The position numbers and the translations under genes were made by a program. From Sinorhizobium meliloti (GTDB lineage: Bacteria; Pseudomonadota; Alphaproteobacteria; Rhizobiales; Rhizobiaceae), in NCBI RefSeq assembly GCF_017876815.1, contig NZ_JAGIOS010000002.1, positions 360,001-392,000 of the forward strand: a stretch of 32,000 bases of DNA, read 5' to 3'. The first letter of the stretch is position 1, and each line of letters starts with the position of its first letter. Positions 17,161-23,953 of this stretch are shown here, piece by piece. The notes beneath the pieces were generated by a model. That model had not been told where the DNA came from and did no database searches. It saw nothing but the letters and a program-made list of their open reading frames with translations.

Positions 17161-18671
17161 ACCTGGCTGCCTTGGTTGCTCGCTCTGGCTCCGCCCATCA
17201 TCGACAGGCCAAGCAGATTTTCTTCCGAGTAGTTGCTGGGTGTCAGTTCGCCTCGGATCTGCCCCTGGCCCATTGCCAGAACGCGATCGCAAAGACCAAA
17301 GAGTTCCTGATGTTCTGAGGAAATCACCAGAACTGCCTTGCCGTCTTCGGCGAGCTTGTTGATCAGAGCATAGATCTCGGCCTTCGCGCCGACATCGACG
17401 CCGCGTGTGGGTTCGTCCAGAATGATAACGTCGCCACCGGCGTGAAACCATTTCGCCAGCACGACCTTCTGCTGATTGCCGCCCGACAGACTGGAAACCG
17501 GTGCATCGATACTGGAAGCCTTGAGCCGCAAGCTCTTGCCAAGTGCGGTGACGTCGGTGCGCTCCAAGGCTGGCTTGAGGAAGCCCAAGGCATTCACGAC
17601 CGACGACATCCTGGCCATCGTTGCATTGACGCGGATCGGCTTGTCGATGACGACGCCGTGCTCCTTGCGGTCTTCCGGGACGAGCCCGATACCGGCCTTC
17701 ACCGCGTCTCTGGGCGATTTGAGTTTGAGGGCCTTCCCTTTGAGGCTGATCGTGCCGCTGTCCAGCGGATCAGCGCCGAAAATCGCGCGTGCGACTTCCG
17801 TGCGGCCTGATCCGATCAGGCCTCCAAGCCCGACGATCTCGCCGGCGCGGACAGAAAAGCTGACATCGCGAACCATCCGGTCCGCATTGAGTTTTTTCAC
17901 GTTGAGCAGTTCGGCGCCGATGGTGCGCTGCGAGCGCTCCGGGAACATGTTGGCGATTGGCCGGCCGACCATCATGCGAATGATATCGTCGATCTTGACG
18001 TCCGTCGTCGCGACTGTTCCGACCGTCTCCCCATCCTTCATTACTGTCATTCGATCCGCGATATCGAACACTTCATCGAGGCGATGCGAAATATAGACGA
18101 TGCCGACTCCACGATCGCGCAGGCCCCGGATGATCTGGTGCAGTTTCATCGCATCCTGAGCACCGAGCACTGCGGTCGGTTCGTCGAAGACGATGATCTT
18201 GATGTCCTGCGAAAGCGCCTTGGCGATCTCGACCACCTGCTGGTGGGCGACGGACAGGGTGCCGACAAGGCGCCCGGGATCGATATCGAAACCCAGACGG
18301 TCGATCAGCTGTTTTGCACGTCTTCGCAGGCTGAATCGGGAAATAAGGGTCGGTAGCTCTCCAAGAAAAATGTTTTCTGCCACGCTGAGATCAGGGGCAA
18401 GGGCAAGCTCCTGGTGGATCACGACGATGCCAAGTGCGCGTGCGTCTCGAGGATCGCGAAGCTCGGTCCGCTTTCCATTAATGACGACCTCTCCCTGGCT
18501 GGGGATAATCTCGCCGCCCAGAACGCGCATAAGGGTGGATTTTCCAGCACCGTTCTCGCCGAGAAGGGCATGAACCTCCCCCGGCCACACGTCGAAATTC
18601 ACGGACCGAAGCGCGTGAATGCCCCCGAAGGACTTGGAGATTGATTTCAGATTGGCAAGTTCGGTCACCAT
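17157..18671 (-). CDS. Sugar ABC transporter ATP-binding protein (tandem ABC cassettes, RbsA-like)
   Basis: Walker A GENGAGKST and GLIGSGRTE. Signature motifs LSVAHQQ and LSGGNQQK. Walker B IIVFDEP and VIILDEP. Start set to ATG 18671 (AGGAGG upstream); the track start is 18698. Confidence 0.92.
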   Translation of the reverse strand: MVTELANLKSISKSFGGIHALRSVNFDVWPGEVHALLGENGAGKSTLMRVLGGEIIPSQGEVVINGKRTELRDPRDARALGIVVIHQELALAPDLSVAENIFLGELPTLISRFSLRRRAKQLIDRLGFDIDPGRLVGTLSVAHQQVVEIAKALSQDIKIIVFDEPTAVLGAQDAMKLHQIIRGLRDRGVGIVYISHRLDEVFDIADRMTVMKDGETVGTVATTDVKIDDIIRMMVGRPIANMFPERSQRTIGAELLNVKKLNADRMVRDVSFSVRAGEIVGLGGLIGSGRTEVARAIFGADPLDSGTISLKGKALKLKSPRDAVKAGIGLVPEDRKEHGVVIDKPIRVNATMARMSSVVNALGFLKPALERTDVTALGKSLRLKASSIDAPVSSLSGGNQQKVVLAKWFHAGGDVIILDEPTRGVDVGAKAEIYALINKLAEDGKAVLVISSEHQELFGLCDRVLAMGQGQIRGELTPSNYSEENLLGLSMMGGARASNQGSQV

Positions 18672-18758
18672 GGCCCTCCTAACAATGGCTGCAGACAACG
18701 AGGCAGGAGCCCCGTTGTCCAGTCCGCGGCGGCTTTGCAGCCTCCTGGGAGGAGCAGA

Positions 18759-19727
18759 TCAGAAAACGGCGTCGGCGCGATAATATTTGTCGACGTTTTC
18801 TTTGGTGATGACGGCCGGTGTCGTCAGATTGAGCTTCGGGAAGTCGGCTGGCAGTTCGCCGTTGACTGCTTTGAGCCCGATATCGACCGCGGTACGCGCG
18901 ACCAGGTCCGGGTCGTTAAGCCCGGTTGCCCCGTATTTGCCTTCTTTGATCAGTGCCAATGCTTCCTTCTGGCCGTCCGCAGCGGCAAGCGCGAGAACAT
19001 CTGTCTTGCCTTGTGCCTCGAGAGCCTTCATGGCGCCAAGCACCATCGAGTCGTTTTCGCCAAGAACGACATTGGCGTCCGGATGCGCGGTCAGGAGGTC
19101 TTCCATCGCGGCGAGGCCACCTTCATGGGCCCAGCCACCCCAGCCCTGGCCCACGACTTCGAAACTGACCTTGCCGTCGTTGACCAATTGGCCTTCGACA
19201 AGGCCCTTGAAAACGCCGAGGCGCCGATCGCGGCCCACTTCGTTACCCTTGTCGCCCGATAGAAGGATGATCTTCATCGGCTTGCCCTTCATGGCATTGG
19301 CAAGCCATTGGCCGACAAGCACACCGTTCTGGTCATTGGAAGAGCGAACCTGGGTGACGACGTTGGCCTTCGTGTTGATAGAGGAGTCCATGACGACGAC
19401 CTTCACGCCAGCGGCCGTTGCAGCGTCTGCGGCCGCGACAAGGCCTTCCGGATCGCGCGGGTTGAGGATCAGCAGATTAACGCCGCGCGCCACCATGTCT
19501 TCCACGTCCGCGATCTGTTTGGTCATGTCGTTCTGGCCGTCGGCGCTGGTAACTTCACAACCGGCCTTTTTGGCCTGATCTTCCGCTGCCGCCACCTGAG
19601 CGGCGAAATAAGGTGCGCCAAGCGTGTACATAGCGATGCCAACCTTGCAGTCGGCGGCGTTTGCGATGCCAGCGGAAGCGACGCTCGCCATGAGGGCCAA
19701 CATGCATCCTGCGATTGATTTCTTCAT
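18759..19727 (-). CDS. Periplasmic sugar-binding protein (RbsB-like, type I PBP)
   Basis: 322 aa. Signal peptide MKKSIAGCMLALMASVASAGIANA. GGAGGAG RBS 7 nt upstream of ATG 19727. Confidence 0.9.
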   Translation of the reverse strand: MKKSIAGCMLALMASVASAGIANAADCKVGIAMYTLGAPYFAAQVAAAEDQAKKAGCEVTSADGQNDMTKQIADVEDMVARGVNLLILNPRDPEGLVAAADAATAAGVKVVVMDSSINTKANVVTQVRSSNDQNGVLVGQWLANAMKGKPMKIILLSGDKGNEVGRDRRLGVFKGLVEGQLVNDGKVSFEVVGQGWGGWAHEGGLAAMEDLLTAHPDANVVLGENDSMVLGAMKALEAQGKTDVLALAAADGQKEALALIKEGKYGATGLNDPDLVARTAVDIGLKAVNGELPADFPKLNLTTPAVITKENVDKYYRADAVF

Positions 19728-19970
19728 GGGTAACTCCTCCGATTTCCATGAGACAGGAAGCGGTTTCGGCTTCCATTCCGTAGTTTAATTACAAGCTTCG
19801 AGATTGGTCAAGCAAAATTAACCCCATTTTTGATACTATACCACATAAGTGACAAATCGTGCGCTGCAACAAGGCGATAATGCCCCACGTTTCGCCTGCG
19901 GCAGGCGCTGGGATTTGCGCTCGCAATTTTATTTGGTAGTTTTGCTACGAAATTAGAGAACAGGAGAAAA
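19728..19970. promoter_or_regulatory. AT-rich divergent control region between the ABC/catabolic operon and the cupin PGI gene
   Basis: 243 bp, visibly AT-richer than its surroundings. Small palindromes are present, e.g. ATTTGCG-CT-CGCAATT near 19912-19927 and GGAAGC..GCTTCC at 19756-19774. Presumed SorC operator(s); none proven. Confidence 0.4.
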
Positions 19971-20600
19971 GTGTTGATATTGTTTGAGCCGGGAGTCTGT
20001 CAGGTCGATGTTGCAACAGGCCAGTTGAAGGGTGCGACGAACCGCTATGTCAAAACCTTCCGGGATCTTGCAGGGCTGTATCAGGACGAGAGCGCATATC
20101 AAGCGCTTATCGCAACCCGCGGTGATGATGTCGCCTATGAGGTTACGGACTACAAGCCATCGGCCAATGGGGGTGACATCATCATCGGCGTCACGCGCAT
20201 GGAGCCTGGGAAGATCGGTGACGAGTATTTCATGACGCGGGGCCACATCCATGCGAGGCCCAATCGGCCGGAAATGTATTATGGCGAGGCTGGCGTAGGC
20301 GTGATGCTGCTGGAATCGCCCTATGGCGAGATTCGCACGATCGAGATACGCGCGAGGACTATGTGCTATGTGCCACCCTTTTGGATCCATCGTTCTGTCA
20401 ACGTCGGCCTGGAACCACTTGTAATGACATTTTCCTATCCCGCGGATGCCGGTCAGGACTACGACGTCATTGCGAAGGCGGGGGGAATGCGGAGCCGTAT
20501 TGTCGATGACGGGAACGGTGGATGGACCACAGTCGATAACGCCGGTTATTCAGGGAGACACCCATCGCTTGTAGAAGACATCATGTCGAGAGTTGACTGA
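19971..20600 (+). CDS. Cupin-type (archaeal-type) glucose-6-phosphate isomerase
   Basis: 209 aa. EPGKIGDEYFMTRGHIHARPNRPEMYYG and CYVPPFWIHRSVNVGLEPLVMTFSYPADAGQDYDVIAKAGG align closely with Pyrococcus cPGI as I recall it (YPGKVGKEFFFTKGHFHAKLDRAEVYVA; VYVPPYWAHRTVNIGDEPFIFLAIYPADAGHDYGTIAEKGF). The His/His/Glu/His metal ligands are present. Start is GTG 19971 or TTG 19974, after GGAG at 19963-19966. Confidence 0.9.
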   Translation: MLILFEPGVCQVDVATGQLKGATNRYVKTFRDLAGLYQDESAYQALIATRGDDVAYEVTDYKPSANGGDIIIGVTRMEPGKIGDEYFMTRGHIHARPNRPEMYYGEAGVGVMLLESPYGEIRTIEIRARTMCYVPPFWIHRSVNVGLEPLVMTFSYPADAGQDYDVIAKAGGMRSRIVDDGNGGWTTVDNAGYSGRHPSLVEDIMSRVD

Positions 20601-20638
20601 AGACTGTCGGGGATCCTGTCTGGTGTTCCCCGTCACCG

Positions 20639-20668
20639 CTGGTTTGACCGCCTCATCCCTGTGCTCGT
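20639..20668 (-). repeat. Truncated copy of the two-hairpin repeat unit, cut in the hairpin loop
   Basis: CTGGTTTGACCGCCTCATCCCTGTGCTCGT is the reverse complement of 6986-7015 at 27 of 30 positions. The second hairpin arm (CACAGGGAT) is missing, and the break at 20668/20669 abuts the putative IS end. Confidence 0.7.
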
Positions 20669-20817
20669 TGTCTAGCCCGGACACATAACTGACAGGTGTT
20701 CGGGGAGATGGCTGACACGTTCATACTGGCATGGATTGGCTTCGAGAGGAGGTTGTCCATGCCGTGGAAAGAGGTGCCGGTTATGGGAGAGAGGCAGGAA
20801 TTTGTGCGGCTGGCGCT
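20669..20817 (+). mobile_element. Remnant of the 5' end of an IS element (IS481-family-like transposase start)
   Basis: GAGAGGAGG RBS followed by ATG 20759, encoding [20 protein letters not shown]. From memory this matches the conserved N-terminus of IS481-family/integrase-core transposases in rhizobia. The reading frame is cut at 20817-20819 by the lldD fragment, leaving a 22-codon stub. TGTCTAGCCCGGACAC at 20669 is a plausible terminal repeat. Confidence 0.4.
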
Positions 20818-21217
20818 GGTCCGCTGATCCTCAAGGGCATTCTCGATCCGGAAGACGCAAAAATGGCGGCGAAGAGCGGCGCCGACGCAATCATCGTCTC
20901 GAACCACGGCGGCCGCCAGCTCGACGGGCGCGCATTCCTCGATCAGCATGCTGCCGCGCATCGTCGGGGCCGTCGGCGACCAGATCGAGGTACACCTCGA
21001 CGGCGGCATTCGTTCCGGCCAGGACGTCCTGAAGGCGATCGCGCTCGGTGCGAAAGGCACCTATATCGGCCGCCCCTTCCTCTACGGCCTCGGCGCGCTC
21101 GGCAACTAAGGCGTGACACTCGCGCTCGACATCATCCGCAAGGAGATGGACACGACCATGGCGCTCTGCGGCAAACGCCGCATCACCGAGGTCGGCCGCG
21201 ACATCATTGCGGATTAG
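20818..21217 (+). pseudogene. Truncated, frameshifted copy of the lldD 3' end
   Basis: About 98 percent identical by eye to 11775-12173. There is an extra G in GACGGGCGCG (20926-20928) and an in-phase TAA at 21107-21109 (GGC AAG GAA -> GGC AAC TAA). The 5' ~740 nt are absent. Track ORF 20731..21315 reads [37 protein letters not shown] and then goes out of frame. Confidence 0.92.
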
Positions 21218-21299
21218 AGCACTCAAGGAAAGCGTGTAGCGGTTTTCCGTCGGAAGTGCGTAGGTTCAAAGACTTAGAGCAGAACGGCACGTTCGGCAA
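20818..21299 (+). repeat. Right copy of the ~0.48-kb direct repeat
   Basis: Aligns with 11775-12251, including the downstream GTGTAGCGGTTTTCC..AAAGACTTAGAGCAGAAC element. Homology ends at GTTC(A/G)GCAA. Confidence 0.9.
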
Positions 21300-21494
21300 T
21301 TTGGCGAGAGGGTGAACATCCCTCGCAATAGGCCGTCTAGTGCTTGCCGCGAGTGCCGCATCGCGGGACGCTGAAGCCCGCGTGATCGAGAACGAGGTCC
21401 AATCGCTAAGGCAACCTATCCTGGAGAATAGATTTCCCCCCTCCGGGAGTTCTTATATTTTCCCTGCGTCACAACGCGCGAAAAACCAAAGCAC

Positions 21495-21516
21495 CGCGAC
21501 ATTGCTCGCGACATTG
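21495..21516. promoter_or_regulatory. Tandem direct repeat CGCGACATTG-CT-CGCGACATTG upstream of the AraC gene
   Basis: Two perfect 10-mers (21495-21504 and 21507-21516) with a 12-bp period, 115-220 nt upstream of the candidate AraC starts. AraC-type regulators typically bind direct repeats. Confidence 0.3.
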
Positions 21517-21631
21517 GGGATCTCATGGGTAGCAGGACTGACAGTGTCGGCCATCACACGCGCATCCCCAATGATCCTGCGATTGTTGGCGGGGTCATAT
21601 GTGAGCAGCGTCAGTCAACGAGCGCGCAATT

Positions 21632-22582
21632 ATGAGCGCGCCTTGCTCCTGCAATTCCCGCGAGAGCGAGGCAGATGATTCAGCCGACGTGAGCGTAGAC
21701 GGCGTGCGGCTTGCCGATCACACACCTGCAACCGAGATGTCGCGCGTTCTGCGGACAGCACCTATTCATCTCGCGGCGGATCCCTCCGGCGGTGCAATTG
21801 CTCATTGGAACCATGGCCCCCTGCATGACGTCGTCGAGCCCATGACCGACCACGTCGTCATGGCTTACAACGGCACGATACAGCGCATGGAACGACGGTC
21901 CGGAAGGTCGGTCGAGAGTGGCACGTTTCGTCGTGGGGTTGTGATAATAATCCCGGCTGGATCGAGCTCCCGCTGGGATATTCCGAAGCCGGTTGATGTC
22001 GTTCAGCTCTATCTCCCTCACACGACACTGACACGCATTGCCGAGGCAACCGATACTTTCACGCCGACCGATCTTCTGGAGCGAACGGCGCATCCGGACC
22101 CCATTACATCTCGGTTGCTCCTGAGCGCAGCCGATGTCCTGGAAGGCAATAGGGCACTGGATACACTTTTCAGGCAACAGCTGACTGATCTTCTGGCCAC
22201 GCGCCTGCTGGCTGCACATACGGGCAAGGCGCCGAGCTATCAACCGGCGGTCGGCGGCCTGGCACCGAATGTGCTGCGCCGGGCCATCGAACGATTGCGG
22301 TCCGACGCCGATGCGGACGTCTCCCTCGCCGCCCTCGCAGCTGATTCCGGGCTGTCACGTTTTCATTTCTGTCGCGCTTTCAAGGAAAGCACGGGGCTCT
22401 CACCGCACAACTGGCTGCGTCAATATCGGCTTGAGCAAGCCATAAACATGCTGCGCAATCCTGCAAATTCGGTCGCCTCGGTCGCAGCCTCTCTCGGTTA
22501 TAACTCGCAAACAGCATTTGCAGCTGCGTTCCGCAAATTGACCGGCGAAACACCGACCGAGTGGCGGCGCAGCCACGGCTGA
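21632..22582 (+). CDS. AraC-family transcriptional regulator
   Basis: C-terminal dual HTH: SLAALAADSGLSRFHFCRAFKESTGLSPHNWLRQYRLEQA...LGYNSQTAFAAAFRKLTGETPTEWR. The start is uncertain (ATG 21632 is the longest; ATG 21737 is also possible) and neither has a strong RBS. Confidence 0.85.
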   Translation: MSAPCSCNSRESEADDSADVSVDGVRLADHTPATEMSRVLRTAPIHLAADPSGGAIAHWNHGPLHDVVEPMTDHVVMAYNGTIQRMERRSGRSVESGTFRRGVVIIIPAGSSSRWDIPKPVDVVQLYLPHTTLTRIAEATDTFTPTDLLERTAHPDPITSRLLLSAADVLEGNRALDTLFRQQLTDLLATRLLAAHTGKAPSYQPAVGGLAPNVLRRAIERLRSDADADVSLAALAADSGLSRFHFCRAFKESTGLSPHNWLRQYRLEQAINMLRNPANSVASVAASLGYNSQTAFAAAFRKLTGETPTEWRRSHG

Positions 22583-22775
22583 CGGTTAAGTTCCTCTCGT
22601 CCTCGTTTCACATTTCGAAACAGCGCGTTTTTCTACGATTCAATCGGCTCGACCGCGTGACGACTATGCCCGCACGCCCGCGGGTATGGCTCGGCCGCAT
22701 TCCCGTTTTTCCTGCGCCTCCAGTCTCGGCCACTCTTTCGAAAGCAGACCGATAGCGACCGGCCTATGTGCGTCG

Positions 22776-22801
22776 GCGCAATCGCTTAACCGCAATTGCG
22801 C
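22776..22801. promoter_or_regulatory. Imperfect palindrome GCGCAATCGC-TTAACC-GCAATTGCGC in the long leader of the hydrolase gene
   Basis: 10-bp arms with one mismatch, read directly. It lies in the 439-bp non-coding gap between the AraC stop (22582) and the hydrolase start (23022). Confidence 0.25.
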
Positions 22802-23021
22802 TTTAATGGCGCCAATCCCTCTGGCGCAGCCGCAGTTCTGCTCCGCTAAACCATCATTGCGCCCATGCCACTTGATCCTGGCGAAACACGGGATGGTCTG
22901 GGCTCGGACTGCGGGTCGATTGCGGTGCGGCGACCTGGAGTGGCCAGCATGGCCGATTTTAGCCACTGCCCCTTCACTTCGATGGGCGGCGTAAAACAAA
23001 CATGTGCAAAGGATCAATGCA

Positions 23022-23852
23022 ATGACCTCCATTACAACCAGCGACGGCGTTCAGATTTTCTACAAGGACTGGGGACCGAAGTCCGCGCAACCCATCGTCT
23101 TTCACCATGGCTGGCCGCTCAGCTCTGATGATTGGGATAATCAAATGCTCTTCTTCCTCGGCAGAGGCTTTCGCGTGATCGCTCACGATCGCCGCGGTCA
23201 TGGCCGATCAAGCCAGGCGAGCGAGGGTCACGACATGGATCACTACGTATCCGACGTCGCCGCACTGATCGACCACCTCGATCTTCGTAACGCGATCCAT
23301 GTCGGTCACTCGACCGGCGGCGGTGAAGCCGCGCGGTATGTCGCGCGCTTTGGCAAGAACCGCGTTGCCAAACTCATTATGATTGCGGCAGTGCCGCCTT
23401 TGATGCTGAAGACCGCCACAAATCCCGGCGGTCTACCGCCCGAAGTATTCGACGGACTACGCAGCCAACTGGCCGCCAATCGTTCGCAGTTCTATCGCGA
23501 TTTTCCGAGTGGTCCATTCTACGGCTACAACCGCCCGGGTGCCGAACCTTCGCAAGCGGTCATCTCAAATTGGTGGCGTCAGGGCATGATGGGCGGCGCC
23601 AAAGCGCATTACGAAGGTATCAAGGCATTCTCGGAGACTGATTTCACCGAAGACCTGAAGAGCATCTCCGTGCCGACGTTGGTGTTGCATGGCGATGACG
23701 ACCAGATCGTTCCGATCGGCACCTCCTCTCCGTTATCGGCGAAGCTGATTAAGGCCGCGACACTGAAGATCTACGAGAAGCTGCCGCATGGGCTGTGCAC
23801 GACCCATGCAGATATCGTCAACGCCGACATACTGGCCTTCGTCACGGCCTGA
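23022..23852 (+). CDS. Alpha/beta hydrolase, non-haem haloperoxidase / perhydrolase-arylesterase subfamily
   Basis: 276 aa from ATG 23022 (AAAGGA RBS; the track ORF starts at GTG 23004). Motifs [29 protein letters not shown], nucleophile elbow [16 protein letters not shown] and PHGL. Confidence 0.9.
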   Translation: MTSITTSDGVQIFYKDWGPKSAQPIVFHHGWPLSSDDWDNQMLFFLGRGFRVIAHDRRGHGRSSQASEGHDMDHYVSDVAALIDHLDLRNAIHVGHSTGGGEAARYVARFGKNRVAKLIMIAAVPPLMLKTATNPGGLPPEVFDGLRSQLAANRSQFYRDFPSGPFYGYNRPGAEPSQAVISNWWRQGMMGGAKAHYEGIKAFSETDFTEDLKSISVPTLVLHGDDDQIVPIGTSSPLSAKLIKAATLKIYEKLPHGLCTTHADIVNADILAFVTA

Positions 23853-23953
23853 GCAACCTCACTTCACCAACCCGCGCGCCATCGATCGTCTCCCATCCGG
23901 AGCGGCAACGGCGGCGCGCGCCCTTCGAAACCACAGGACACGGAGTAAACATT

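Noticed and set aside
20731-21315. 194-aa plus-strand ORF spanning the IS remnant and the lldD fragment
   Set aside because: This is a chimeric read-through. Only residues ~30-66 match LldD, after which the 1-nt insertion puts it out of frame and the product becomes Arg/Pro-rich. I treated it as a pseudogene, not a novel gene.
21340-21678. 112-aa ORF in the spacer upstream of the AraC gene
   Set aside because: It has no RBS and no family resemblance, and it overlaps the AraC start region. I left it unannotated, although a real small protein cannot be excluded.
22664-23032. 122-aa minus-strand ORF in the hydrolase leader
   Set aside because: It overlaps the hydrolase start and is Arg/Cys/Ala-rich with no motifs. 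It is likely non-coding.
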